Part shown: positions 37,875 through 48,085 of the stretch, piece by piece | Layout of the letters: every line of letters begins with the position of its first letter | Numbering within the stretch: position 1 is the stretch's first letter | Origin: a virus | IMG/VR virus record: IMGVR_UViG_3300021091_000027 | Coordinates: 47,052-111,051 of that record | DNA length: 64,000 nt | Direction: 5' to 3' (one strand) | Notes under the pieces: model-generated | Database searches by the model: none | What the model saw: the letters and a program-made list of their open reading frames with translations, nothing else | Told to the model about the DNA's origin: nothing | Position numbers and translations under genes: made by a program

Positions 37875-40403
37875 ATGCCTTCACTTATTGATTTAACTCA
37901 ATACAAAACAAAATCAGAGCTGCAGCTAGCAGATAACCATAATCGACTAGTAGATGCTTTGAATTATAATTTCGACTACACGATTAATCAAGTAACAAGC
38001 CCTATACCGGCCACCACATTAGGCAGCTCTCTTGATGTTCTTCACATTAAGCAAAATGGCAGTTTGGGCTATATCAATGTAAGTGATCTTATATCTGCTC
38101 AAAGAATACTGAATAATAATCAGAATTCTGTCTTAAAATTAAACCACTCCCTTGCTTTCAATCTGCAAGGAGAGGATGGAAGTCCTAACGCCTACACTAT
38201 TTTTGCATCCTTTCCAGGCGGGCTTAAAGGCAATAGCGTTACGTTTAAGCAAATTAACCCGTCTGGACACATCCTGGAGATGCATTCAGTTCACCAGTTC
38301 CAGGTATTAACTAATGGCGGATACATAAATGTAAATGATGGCTATTTTTCTATAAATTCTCTGAAGGTAGCTGGATATCAGCTACCAACAGAAACTCCTA
38401 CACTTGGAAAAATCCTTAGGGCAAATTCTCAAGGAAACTTAGAGTTTCAAAATCTTCCGCAGCCCCTCTACTTTGACAGCATAGGTATGAAATACAAGTT
38501 AGAGGAGGAGGGACCGATAGCTCTAAAGTCTGTTAACTCCTGGGATACCAGTGCAAACATAGAGCTTCAGCATTTTAAATTTGGATATGCAAATTTACTT
38601 CCGTCGAAATCCTCGGGCGCCTTCTTAAAAATGAGGGAACATCTGATACTCACAGTAGAAGATCTTGAGGATAAATCCTATATTCAAATGTATAGCCCAT
38701 TTTGTTTGCCCCCAGTTAAATCCATGCTGCCGGGGGCTAATCCAGTTGGATCCTTGTGGTATGACAATGCCCAGGAAAACCTGGTCTTGGTCTCCTCTAC
38801 TGGAATAAAATACATAAATCCTCAAGCTATAGCTCAAACAGTAAATACCGAGGAAGTAAAAGATTTTACTTTGCAGCCGGCCTCAACATTGAGCGTAAGC
38901 TCTGGATCCGAAATAAAGCCTGCGCTAAATATTGGGGGCGTTGGGCTTGTATCAACATCCGAATCGCTAAAGTTTATTGTGGCAGGAGGTGCAGTGACCC
39001 AGATGTCCAAGGAGGGCATAGTGTCGGCCATAGCAGGATCGACAGGAACTGCAAAAATTCTTCTGAATGCTCAAGCAGCAATTAACAATTCAGTAAACCC
39101 CACCTATACATTTAAAGAGGCGGAAGGACTGGGATTGTACAGATCGGACATCAATGGTATGGCCGTGGCTGTAAAGGGCAATCCTGTAATTGAGTTTTCT
39201 GATAAGAAAATAAGTACGAAGGGTAATAAAATATCGAATGTCGGCGCTCCGTCAGAAGCCTCAGATGCAGCTAATAAGCAATACGTAGATGCTAGGGTTC
39301 CCATTGGAATCACTCATGGCGCCATGCCCATAGTCGACAGCTCCACTGGAGTGTATATTGAAAGTAGTGCTAAGTACTTAGCAGGAAAGTTAGAAATAGG
39401 AACAATATCCGAACCAGCAACATTCAAGTTAAACTCTTCAAACGGCGGATCGGTGACCATAAAAGTTCCGACTATAGCTAATAACATAGTTTTTAATTTG
39501 CCTAACAACCAACTGGCAAATGGAGTTTTGCAGTACGTAGATGGAGAATCACGATGGGTCAGCGTTGACTCAATTACCCCTAACATGGTAAAGGCCGATG
39601 GATCTACAGCACTGAGTGGGGGCCTGAAGATAAATTCTAATACTTCTCCAAATGCTCCTATGATAAGTAGCAATGGAATTGGATTATACGCCGAATCATA
39701 TACTGAAAAGAAAATAGGATTTTCGGCGAATGGCATTAAACTACTTGAAGTAAATGCCACAAATAATACTCTTATCGGAAAGTCCACCAGCAACAATGCT
39801 CCCCTCATAAGATTAACTAATAGTATCAGTAGCTATTCGCCAGAACTTGGAGTCTCAGGTACTCCGACGTATTCGTTTGTTGGCGACAATATGACAGGTA
39901 TGGGGCAGAGCAAATTACAATCGGTTGCCATGATAGTAAATGGCAACAGTGTTATATCGGCTTCGTCCGACGGAATCAATGCGCACTTAAACAGGATTAA
40001 AGGCGTAGCGTATCCGTTGGAAATATCCGATGCGGCTACAAAACAATATGTCGATAGTGTCGTTAAACCTAGGATTGAAATAAGTTTTAGAGTAACAGCA
40101 CTTCCTATAGGGTGGACAAGTGGCAGCAGTTTAATGCTGTCAATATATGACAGCGCTTTAATATATCAAAGTGCATCAGCTAGTTTGACTTACGAATCGG
40201 CAAGTGATAAAACAAGGATAATAATTCCCGCAAATTTCGCACTAAATCCAGATTGTCAAGTATATTTAGAAAACCTCAGATTGATAAAGATGGCCAGCGC
40301 TTCAGGCGTAAGGCAAGTTGCCTACGCTACAAACAGAAGCATCCTGATCAACTACGACTTGAACATTGGGAATATAGTTACTATACACTTGCCTTACCAG
40401 TAA
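37875..40403 (+). CDS. Tail-fibre-like structural protein
   Basis: 842 aa; two DAA(N/T)KQYVD motifs and repeated PTY(T/S)F...G.G modules. Confidence 0.65.
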   Translation: MPSLIDLTQYKTKSELQLADNHNRLVDALNYNFDYTINQVTSPIPATTLGSSLDVLHIKQNGSLGYINVSDLISAQRILNNNQNSVLKLNHSLAFNLQGEDGSPNAYTIFASFPGGLKGNSVTFKQINPSGHILEMHSVHQFQVLTNGGYINVNDGYFSINSLKVAGYQLPTETPTLGKILRANSQGNLEFQNLPQPLYFDSIGMKYKLEEEGPIALKSVNSWDTSANIELQHFKFGYANLLPSKSSGAFLKMREHLILTVEDLEDKSYIQMYSPFCLPPVKSMLPGANPVGSLWYDNAQENLVLVSSTGIKYINPQAIAQTVNTEEVKDFTLQPASTLSVSSGSEIKPALNIGGVGLVSTSESLKFIVAGGAVTQMSKEGIVSAIAGSTGTAKILLNAQAAINNSVNPTYTFKEAEGLGLYRSDINGMAVAVKGNPVIEFSDKKISTKGNKISNVGAPSEASDAANKQYVDARVPIGITHGAMPIVDSSTGVYIESSAKYLAGKLEIGTISEPATFKLNSSNGGSVTIKVPTIANNIVFNLPNNQLANGVLQYVDGESRWVSVDSITPNMVKADGSTALSGGLKINSNTSPNAPMISSNGIGLYAESYTEKKIGFSANGIKLLEVNATNNTLIGKSTSNNAPLIRLTNSISSYSPELGVSGTPTYSFVGDNMTGMGQSKLQSVAMIVNGNSVISASSDGINAHLNRIKGVAYPLEISDAATKQYVDSVVKPRIEISFRVTALPIGWTSGSSLMLSIYDSALIYQSASASLTYESASDKTRIIIPANFALNPDCQVYLENLRLIKMASASGVRQVAYATNRSILINYDLNIGNIVTIHLPYQ

Positions 40404-40415
40404 AGGTAAAAAAAA

Positions 40416-41387
40416 ATGTCACAATCGATGCAAAAGATGGACTTTAAAGTTCATCTAAGGGCTACACCATTCAAACTTACTCCCCTTTTATGGAAGGTAA
40501 TGGATAATCAGATATCTCTGTTAATAAATAATCCCAACATGGATATAGGCATAAGTTTGGTAAATAATCTAAGAACCAGTGGAAGAGAAAATCCATCAGA
40601 GTTCATATTTAATTATGGATGTTATTCAACAGGATTAACTAAGTCTCATGCAGCCTCCGTTATTCGCAGAGGGGCCCTAGGTTCATTCAACTTAAGATTC
40701 AATCAGCTGTGCCTTTCTACACTTGCTAGTGCGTCTAATAAAGAAGTAATCAGGCAGAACGCATGTCCTCCAATAGGTTTTGGATATGGCGTAGGATCTG
40801 CGGCGTACGTATACCCATGTAAGGGAATCTTCTGCACTAATTGCTATATGCGAAAAGCAAATCAAATCAGAAAGGAATTAGCCAGTAGGCTGGAGCTAAA
40901 AGGTACTCCGCCAGAGTCAGCCAAGGCTTTGATTGTAAGATCCTGCAATGTAGGTCAAATTAATTCTTATGGATACGATTTTAATTTAGACGACGATCTA
41001 TCTGAAAGAATAACTTATAGATTAAAAAAAATAAACTTTATTGCCATAAGAACTATTGGAGCTACAATGGGCCAGGGTAGAGTACCGATAGCGTGTACTA
41101 CTACTGCAATAATACTGGATGCAGAAAATATAGAGACAGCCACTAAATCCTTAACAAAATTAAAGGCATCAGTGTTTAAGAAAAATCCAAATAGAACAAT
41201 CGAAGTTACTTCTGAGCAAGGCCTAGACAATATATGCCTACGGCTGTATGATTCCCCACCCGTATGTTTGGCGGGTATATCTTCAGATGGAATACATAAC
41301 TCGATGCTTCAACACAGTCTAGAAAGTTATAAGTCTATTGTAAAAGGAAAGAAAAAAGCAATTATATTTGGAACAGGAGTTATTTAA
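40416..41387 (+). CDS. Hypothetical protein (Cys cluster C..PC..IFCTNC)
   Basis: 323-aa ORF. Confidence 0.55.
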   Translation: MSQSMQKMDFKVHLRATPFKLTPLLWKVMDNQISLLINNPNMDIGISLVNNLRTSGRENPSEFIFNYGCYSTGLTKSHAASVIRRGALGSFNLRFNQLCLSTLASASNKEVIRQNACPPIGFGYGVGSAAYVYPCKGIFCTNCYMRKANQIRKELASRLELKGTPPESAKALIVRSCNVGQINSYGYDFNLDDDLSERITYRLKKINFIAIRTIGATMGQGRVPIACTTTAIILDAENIETATKSLTKLKASVFKKNPNRTIEVTSEQGLDNICLRLYDSPPVCLAGISSDGIHNSMLQHSLESYKSIVKGKKKAIIFGTGVI

Positions 41388-43896
41388 ATTGAGTAATAAA
41401 ACAATGAATACGCCGGCAGCAGCAACAGCAGTAGTTGGATATTCGTACGAAGAGGCCGTAGCGGCATCTGCCGAGTATTTCAATGGCGACGATCTTGCCG
41501 CAAGAGTATTTGTGGATAAATACGCATTGAGAGATACCGAGCAAAACTTGTTAGAGAAAACCCCAGAGGATATGCATAGGCGAATTTCCAAAGAGTTTGC
41601 CAGAATAGAGGCTGCCAAGTTTAAAGATCCATATACGGAAGAGGAGATCTTTCAAGCTTTGCACAAGTTTAATAGAATTGTGCCACAAGGCAGTCCGATG
41701 TACGGAATAGGCAATCCTTATCAGATCATTAGCCTAAGTAATTGCTATGTAATTCAAAGTCCACAAGATTGCTATGCAGGAATATGCAGAGCGGACGAGG
41801 AGCTGGTTCAGATCAGTAAGAGACGGGGCGGATGCGGCATAGACATATCCACCCTTAGACCTGAAGGCACTTTGACCAAAAATGCTGCCAGAACCAGTAC
41901 TGGTAGCCTCACATTTGCTGAAAGATTCTCAAACTCCATACGAGAGGTTGGGCAGAATGGAAGACGTGGAGCCCTGATGCTCACCCAGTCGATCCACCAC
42001 CCCGATGTGGAAAAATTTATTTCCTGCAAGAAAGATCTTACTAAAATTACAGGAGCTAATATTTCTGTCAGACTGAGCGATGAGTTTATGTTTGCCGTAG
42101 AAAGTGAAAAGCAATATGAGCAAAGATGGCCTGAAGAGAATGCCAAACAGTCAAAGATGGTTGATGCTAAAAAGATATGGAATGCGCTGATTGAAGCCGC
42201 CCATGCAACTGCCGAACCAGGCATGTTGATATGGGATAACATCCTCAAAGAGTCTATTCCTGACTGCTATGCCAACGAGGGGTTTAAGACCGTATGCACT
42301 AATCCGTGCTCTGAAATACCTTTATCCGCATACGATTCCTGTCGGTTAATGCTGCTGAATGCATACTCATATGTATCTGAACCTTTTACAAAGAAGGCCA
42401 AATTCGATTTCGACAGATTCCGCAAAGATGCTTATATGCTTCAAAGACTTATGGACGATATGGTCGATTTGGAACTAGAGTGCATAGACCGCATTCAAGC
42501 CAAGATTGCTGCAGATCCGGAGGATGCTGCATTAAAGTCGCACGAAGCACAGCTATGGGAAAAGATTCGCACAGCGGCAGTTAATGGCCGTCGTACTGGA
42601 TCAGGCATGACCGCAATTGGAGATACGCTTGCAGCACTTGGAATTTCCTACGGTTCGAAGAGGGGAATCTCCATGATTAACTTCATATACAAGGAGTTCA
42701 AGCTGGCCTGCTATTCCTCATCAGTAGACATGGCCAAAGAAATAGGAGCTTTTCCGATATTTAATGCGGAACAAGAGGCCAACAATCCATTCCTTATTAG
42801 AATAAAGGATGAGGATTCTGCGCTATATGAAAATATGCAAAAGTATGGCAGACGCAACATAGCCCTGCTTACGACTGCACCCTGTGGCTCAGTGTCTATT
42901 CTCACGCAAACTAGCTCCGGCATTGAACCCCAGTTCATGATCCAACCTTACACCCGACGCAAGAAGGGAAATCCTGGAGACAAGAACTTCCGATCTGACT
43001 TCGTAGATCAAAGCGGCGATCACTGGATGGAATTTACTGTGTATCCGCCTAAGGTGTCAGAATGGATGAGGGTTACCGGAGAAACTGATCTTTCAAAGAG
43101 CCCATGGGCTGGAGCTACAGCTCAAGAAATTGATTGGGAAAGTAGAGTAAGCATTCAAGCAGCAGCACAAAAGCACATAGATCATGCTATTAGTAGCACT
43201 ATTAATCTACCTTCAGATACATCTGTCGAAACGGTCAATAAAATATACTTAAAAGCCTGGAAATCAGGCTGCAAGGGTATGACGATCTATCGAGATAAAT
43301 GTCGAACGGGAGTCTTGGTGTCCAAGGAAGATCCTAAGCCAAAAAAGAAAGATGATTACAAGCGGCCAAACATGCTGCCTTGTGAAATCTATCACTATAC
43401 AGTAGGCTCTGTTCCTTATTTTGTACTAATCAGCCTTAATGATGCCAAGCCTTATGAGGTATTTGCTGGAATCAATAAGAACGACGATGCAGAGCCCATC
43501 ATTCCAAAAAGATTCAAAGCCGGCACATTGACTAAGATGGGCCGAGGTCATTACAAAGGTCAGTTTGTAGACGACCAAAACGAGGGCGAGTTACTTCAAA
43601 TCAATAAGCTCGGTAATCTGGTGTCTAGCGAAGAGGGGGCGATTACCCGCCTTTTATCTACGCTACTGAGGCACGGCGTCGAAGTTCACCACCTAGTGCA
43701 TCAGCTTGAAAAAGTGAAAGGCGACATGTTCTCTTTTTCTAAAATTGTTGCTCGTGCGCTAAAGAAGTACATTCCAGATGGCACAGAAGTTACTGGAGAG
43801 GTTTGTGAAAGTTGTAGCACTAAAGATAAGTGTATTTTAGTTAGGCAGGAAGGGTGCGTTACCTGTAAGTCCTGCGGTTATAGCAAATGTGGATAA
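41368..43896 (+). CDS. nrdJ: Class II (adenosylcobalamin-dependent) ribonucleotide reductase
   Basis: SLSNCYV, GRRGALM, ANISV, TNPCSEI, APCGSVS, SSGIEP, ISSTIN and KGMTIYR; C-terminal CESC...EGCVTCKSCGYSKCG; the start is probably 41389 or 41404. Confidence 0.92.
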   Translation: MEQELFKLSNKTMNTPAAATAVVGYSYEEAVAASAEYFNGDDLAARVFVDKYALRDTEQNLLEKTPEDMHRRISKEFARIEAAKFKDPYTEEEIFQALHKFNRIVPQGSPMYGIGNPYQIISLSNCYVIQSPQDCYAGICRADEELVQISKRRGGCGIDISTLRPEGTLTKNAARTSTGSLTFAERFSNSIREVGQNGRRGALMLTQSIHHPDVEKFISCKKDLTKITGANISVRLSDEFMFAVESEKQYEQRWPEENAKQSKMVDAKKIWNALIEAAHATAEPGMLIWDNILKESIPDCYANEGFKTVCTNPCSEIPLSAYDSCRLMLLNAYSYVSEPFTKKAKFDFDRFRKDAYMLQRLMDDMVDLELECIDRIQAKIAADPEDAALKSHEAQLWEKIRTAAVNGRRTGSGMTAIGDTLAALGISYGSKRGISMINFIYKEFKLACYSSSVDMAKEIGAFPIFNAEQEANNPFLIRIKDEDSALYENMQKYGRRNIALLTTAPCGSVSILTQTSSGIEPQFMIQPYTRRKKGNPGDKNFRSDFVDQSGDHWMEFTVYPPKVSEWMRVTGETDLSKSPWAGATAQEIDWESRVSIQAAAQKHIDHAISSTINLPSDTSVETVNKIYLKAWKSGCKGMTIYRDKCRTGVLVSKEDPKPKKKDDYKRPNMLPCEIYHYTVGSVPYFVLISLNDAKPYEVFAGINKNDDAEPIIPKRFKAGTLTKMGRGHYKGQFVDDQNEGELLQINKLGNLVSSEEGAITRLLSTLLRHGVEVHHLVHQLEKVKGDMFSFSKIVARALKKYIPDGTEVTGEVCESCSTKDKCILVRQEGCVTCKSCGYSKCG

Positions 43897-43905
43897 GGAG
43901 TAAAA

Positions 43906-44307
43906 ATGAATAATAATAATTTTGAAGCGGTTGTAACTGGAAACCTGGCCGAAACCCCCATTAATCCGAAAAGGGGTCTAATGAGTCCTACTGAAGTTAT
44001 GGCGTTTGAAAAGCCTGAAACTTTAGAGGAAGCGGAGAAAATATTAAAATTAGATAACCTGTGGGAAACAATATCGGATGAACATTGGACTGAGCCAAAA
44101 TTAGGAGAAAGTATTTCAAATACTTTTAGACGAACTACTAAAAAGCTGCCTGTTGAAGGCGGATACTTGTACTCAGTGGCAACGTATGTAATGACCTACA
44201 TTCGTGGAGTTGCAGATAATAGCGTATCTGAATCCATAACGTTTGTCCCATTTAGCGACATTAAACTGACTAATTTTACCCCAAAAACTAAAACTACCAA
44301 GAAGTAA
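43906..44307 (+). CDS. Hypothetical protein
   Basis: 133 aa; AAGGAG RBS. Confidence 0.65.
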   Translation: MNNNNFEAVVTGNLAETPINPKRGLMSPTEVMAFEKPETLEEAEKILKLDNLWETISDEHWTEPKLGESISNTFRRTTKKLPVEGGYLYSVATYVMTYIRGVADNSVSESITFVPFSDIKLTNFTPKTKTTKK

Positions 44308-44356
44308 TTTGCATAAAATCTTGCAATAAGATAAATAGTGGTGTAAGGAGCCAAAT

Positions 44357-44782
44357 ATGCCTTACACCACTATTTATTTGCAGTATGCTGAAAGTAGAAA
44401 TGAAGAATCCGATCTTTCTGAGATAGACGAACCAGAATCCGAAGACGAAGATTATGAAAATTTAGACGACAGAGTGTTTGTAGAATTTACTCCTTTAAAA
44501 ATATGCGCAAAAGAACCAAAAGAAGATTTCATAGAATTAGAGTTGGATTTTGATGCAAAAATAGGGGATATACTACATTTAGTCATTGTTAGATATAACA
44601 ACTACAGGGCAGGACTGTTGGAAGAATGGTGCTTAGAAAAGGTTCTGGAGAGTGGTGACGAGGCGGAAGAATTCGTAGAAGCCTTGGAAGATGGATTTAG
44701 CATCTCTGAGTGCGCAGAAGGCAGAGGACATGAATCTCTAATAGTCAAAGCTGAAGTATTCAGTATGCAGTTGCATAAATAG
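44357..44782 (+). CDS. Acidic hypothetical protein
   Basis: 141 aa; AAGGAG RBS. Confidence 0.65.
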   Translation: MPYTTIYLQYAESRNEESDLSEIDEPESEDEDYENLDDRVFVEFTPLKICAKEPKEDFIELELDFDAKIGDILHLVIVRYNNYRAGLLEEWCLEKVLESGDEAEEFVEALEDGFSISECAEGRGHESLIVKAEVFSMQLHK

Positions 44783-44787
44783 AAACA

Positions 44788-44877
44788 ATGCACAACCCTA
44801 AACTACAACTACTAAAAGCCATAGGTATCGTATTGTTTTGGGCAGCACTAGTGCTGTCTTTTAATGGTTGGATTTAA
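44788..44877 (+). CDS. 29-aa membrane mini-peptide
   Basis: MHNPKLQLLKAIGIVLFWAALVLSFNGWI fills the intergenic gap. Confidence 0.35.
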   Translation: MHNPKLQLLKAIGIVLFWAALVLSFNGWI

Positions 44878-44892
44878 TTAAAACTTATTCTA

Positions 44893-45966
44893 ATGGCAAT
44901 TATCTATAAAATTACCAATACAGTCAACGGCAAAATCTACATTGGCTACACCAACCAAACGCTTAAAAGTAGATGGGCAGAACATTGCAAAGCCAGTAGA
45001 AACTTAGCTAACAGAAGGGGCAACTCAAGATTTATGCGCGCTATTAGAAAATATGGCGTCGCCGCTTTTGTCAGAGAAATTCTTATTGAAGACGAAGACG
45101 CAGAAAAATGTTTAAATTACTGGGAACCTTTTTTTATTGCTAAATTCAACTCAACAGATCGAGCCATAGGCTACAATAGCACTAGTGGGGGCGGGGTAAT
45201 GTTCACTTATACCCCTGAAGTCCTAGCTAAAATAAGTGCTGCAGCAAAAGCTAGATGGGCAGATCCTGAATACGCAGCTAAAACGAGTGCTGCAGTAAAA
45301 GCTAGATGTGCAGATCCTGAGGTTAAAGCTAGACGGAGTGCTGCAGCAAAAGCTAGATGGGCAGATCCTGAGGTCAAAGCTAAAATGGGTGCTGCAGTAA
45401 AAGCTAGATGGGCAGATCCTGAATACGTAGCTAGACAAAGTGCTGTATCAAAAGCTAACTGGGCAGATCCTGAATACGTAGCTAAAATGAGTGCTGTATC
45501 AAAAGCTAACTGGGCAGATCCTGAGGTCAAAGCTAAAATGAGTGCTGCAATAAAAGCTAAATGGGCAGATCCTGAATACGCAGCTAAAATAAGTGCTGCA
45601 GTAAAAGCTAACTGGGCAGATCCTGAGGTCAAAGCTAAAAAAAGTGCTGCATCAAAAGCTAACTGGGCAGATCCTGAGGTCAAAGCTAAAATGAGTGCTG
45701 CAGTAAAAGCTAGATGGGCAGATCCTGAATACGTAGCTAAAATGAGTGCTGTATCAAAAGCTAACTGGGCAGATCCTGAGGTCAAAGCTAAAATGAGTGC
45801 TGGAATAAAAGCTAAATGGGCAGATCCTGAGGTTAAAGCTAGACGGAGTGCTGCATCAAAAGCTAACTGGGCAGATCCTGAGGTCAAAGCTAAAATGAGT
45901 GCTGGAATAAAAGAAGCATGGCGTAAACGAAAGGAACAAAACAATGTCAATAGTGCCACGACTTGA
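44893..45966 (+). CDS. Free-standing GIY-YIG endonuclease with a tandem-repeat C-terminal domain
   Basis: IIYKITNTVNGKIYIGYT, RW..H, AIRKYG, E and GYN motifs, followed by 17-aa repeats. Confidence 0.85.
   Translation: MAIIYKITNTVNGKIYIGYTNQTLKSRWAEHCKASRNLANRRGNSRFMRAIRKYGVAAFVREILIEDEDAEKCLNYWEPFFIAKFNSTDRAIGYNSTSGGGVMFTYTPEVLAKISAAAKARWADPEYAAKTSAAVKARCADPEVKARRSAAAKARWADPEVKAKMGAAVKARWADPEYVARQSAVSKANWADPEYVAKMSAVSKANWADPEVKAKMSAAIKAKWADPEYAAKISAAVKANWADPEVKAKKSAASKANWADPEVKAKMSAAVKARWADPEYVAKMSAVSKANWADPEVKAKMSAGIKAKWADPEVKARRSAASKANWADPEVKAKMSAGIKEAWRKRKEQNNVNSATT
45256..45918 (+). repeat. 13 tandem copies of a 51-bp (17-aa) coding repeat
   Basis: (W/C)ADPE repeat units begin every 51 bp from 45256; a partial unit lies upstream. 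Confidence 0.95.
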
Positions 45967-46270
45967 AGAAAAGGAAATGCTCGATACGTTTCAACCGCTC
46001 CACGATTTTGTCGTGATTCGCAAGTGGAAGGCCCCCGAGACAACAGCGGCAGGAATCATCGTGCCAGACGACCGCAAGGACTATCAGTCTAAGCGAGGCA
46101 CCGTGATCAAGATAGGCAGTTGTGAGAATTTAAAGGTTCGTAAGCTGCCAGTACCCAACGTCAAGGTAGGAGACGAAGTTCTATTTACAGCATTCTCAGG
46201 TTCTGAAGTTCCTATGCCTGATGGGTATCTGATCATGAGGGTTACAGAGTTGTTAGGAGTGCTAGAATAA
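45944..46270 (+). CDS. groES: Co-chaperonin GroES
   Basis: FQPLHDFVVI, TAAGIIVPD, GTVIKIG, VKVGDEVLF and ELLGVL. Confidence 0.88.
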   Translation: MSIVPRLEEKEMLDTFQPLHDFVVIRKWKAPETTAAGIIVPDDRKDYQSKRGTVIKIGSCENLKVRKLPVPNVKVGDEVLFTAFSGSEVPMPDGYLIMRVTELLGVLE

Positions 46271-46272
46271 TA

Positions 46273-47193
46273 ATGCTGTATGATAAATTTTTGCTGCCTG
46301 TAAGCCCCTCTTGCAAATTACAGTCGGCACAACGTACGCTCAAACTGCCTAAAAAGCCCCTGTACAATCAACCCGAAAAAGCCATGGAAGTCTTTAAGCT
46401 AATGAGACTAAAGTTTGACAGACTTAATTTAGTGGGCCGCCCGCTATCAACCAAAAATCTTCTTGAGATAGCCAGAGCGGCAGCCAAAGTAACAGGCTGT
46501 GAAACAGAAATAGCTAGAAATCTCTTACAGCCATTTAACTCTTGCTATATAAACAAAAGAACGCAAGATATTATATGCTGGCAGGTGGCCGGAAACAGAA
46601 AAAGAATGAATAACCTACAGCCTCACGTCTACAATTCTGCTACATTTAATTTAGGCTGGATGTCTGGGGTTATAGCGGAATATGTAAGCGAAGACGCTTC
46701 TAAGATCGGGGCATACAGAGTAAGGATAATGGACGGTCCTGCTGCAGGATTAGATATGTTCATGTCTGTCCCGAAGAGAATAAAACTTATGTCTGATGTG
46801 CTGGGGGCTACCTATAAAATAGACAAAGACAAAATGCAATTGTCAGATTACAGACAGGCAGTTCAGATGCAGGTTGCAGTCTATCCGGAACAGTTGGACA
46901 TCGTGCAGTTTACGTCAGGAGCCGGACATATAAACCTTAAGCATCTTACAAAGGTAAATTCGATTGCAGCTTTAAAGACAACTGCAAAACAAAGAAAAAA
47001 TAATCTAGAACTTGTAAAAACAAGAAATAAATTATGTCAATATGGCTTTAGACATCCTTGCCATATTTGTAAAATAGGCTATGATGAGTGTTCAAGAGGA
47101 TGTTTGCCTCGATCCATAAAAGATGTTAAGGAAAATATAATCCTATTAATCAAAGGAAAAAACATATGTCAGAAAACTTTAGAAGAGGCTTAG
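46273..47193 (+). CDS. Hypothetical protein with a C-terminal Cys cluster
   Basis: 306 aa; C..PCHIC..GYDEC..GC. Confidence 0.6.
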   Translation: MLYDKFLLPVSPSCKLQSAQRTLKLPKKPLYNQPEKAMEVFKLMRLKFDRLNLVGRPLSTKNLLEIARAAAKVTGCETEIARNLLQPFNSCYINKRTQDIICWQVAGNRKRMNNLQPHVYNSATFNLGWMSGVIAEYVSEDASKIGAYRVRIMDGPAAGLDMFMSVPKRIKLMSDVLGATYKIDKDKMQLSDYRQAVQMQVAVYPEQLDIVQFTSGAGHINLKHLTKVNSIAALKTTAKQRKNNLELVKTRNKLCQYGFRHPCHICKIGYDECSRGCLPRSIKDVKENIILLIKGKNICQKTLEEA

Positions 47194-47669
47194 ATATACC
47201 GGTAAACTTCCCCCTGCCGTTCAATCCACGGCATATGCTGTCTATAAATCCGCACGGATCTACGACAGCAAATGAAACATACGTCCCTCAACATGACATC
47301 CTGAATTGTGTTCCAGGGGCATTTGTAGGAATGTGCAAGTTAATCCAATCCGTGGACACCGAGGTATCTACTGGCACATTGAATATCTCGGAAGAGGAAA
47401 TGCAAAAGGCTGTTTTGGCTCTTAGATATATCCTATCAAAAGACGGTTTGGCCCATGGCACTGTGGAAGAAGCATATGTAGCCTCCGGATTTGTCAACCT
47501 ATCATGGCAAGCAAGAACATGGGTTCTCAAAAATCTTGGAGACATAATGATTAGAATGTGGCATCAAGCAGCTATAGCCCGGGTAAACAACATTAAAGAC
47601 TTCAGAGATTTCCCTATCAATACGGCTGCTGAATCTTTGTTAAAATCTCTTGGAAAAGGATTAGACTAA
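47166..47669 (+). CDS. Hypothetical protein
   Basis: 167 aa; AAGGA RBS. Confidence 0.6.
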   Translation: MSENFRRGLDIPVNFPLPFNPRHMLSINPHGSTTANETYVPQHDILNCVPGAFVGMCKLIQSVDTEVSTGTLNISEEEMQKAVLALRYILSKDGLAHGTVEEAYVASGFVNLSWQARTWVLKNLGDIMIRMWHQAAIARVNNIKDFRDFPINTAAESLLKSLGKGLD

Positions 47670-48085
47670 TGCCAAAGGAAAATTTATTAAAAAAAATTGC
47701 CATTAATGAAAAGTCTGAAATTGGGTTCATAATGGAAATTCAAGAACTTGCTGGCACAAAGATATATATGGGGATACCTTTGACCGGGACTGGAAACTGG
47801 GTGTCTATAAACCCCAATGTATTTGACGCTCCTGTCAATGCATTGGCACTTATGGAAATAGCCATGCATGTGAGCCCGCCTAAAAAACTTTTAGAAAAGA
47901 AAAATTTTTCAATAGAAAAAACGGATGCTCCGATTGCAAAATGGGACGCCTTGTTTACAATGGAGCCTGGATCAGACCTTAATAATATTATAAACTCATT
48001 GTTCAAACTGGACCCAGATAAACATATAAATCACGACATCGGCGATTTTCACGTAGATAACGAAGACGAAGAAGAAACTAATTGA
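47669..48085 (+). CDS. Hypothetical protein
   Basis: 138 aa, coupled to the upstream gene. Confidence 0.6.
   Translation: MPKENLLKKIAINEKSEIGFIMEIQELAGTKIYMGIPLTGTGNWVSINPNVFDAPVNALALMEIAMHVSPPKKLLEKKNFSIEKTDAPIAKWDALFTMEPGSDLNNIINSLFKLDPDKHINHDIGDFHVDNEDEEETN

Noticed and set aside
45256-45918. Tandem array considered as a CRISPR array
   Set aside because: The units are contiguous in-frame coding repeats with no unique spacers, and no cas genes are present
45207-46043. 278-aa minus-strand ORF with LALTSGSAQLAF repeats
   Set aside because: Antisense shadow of the 51-bp repeat array of the GIY-YIG gene; it also overlaps groES
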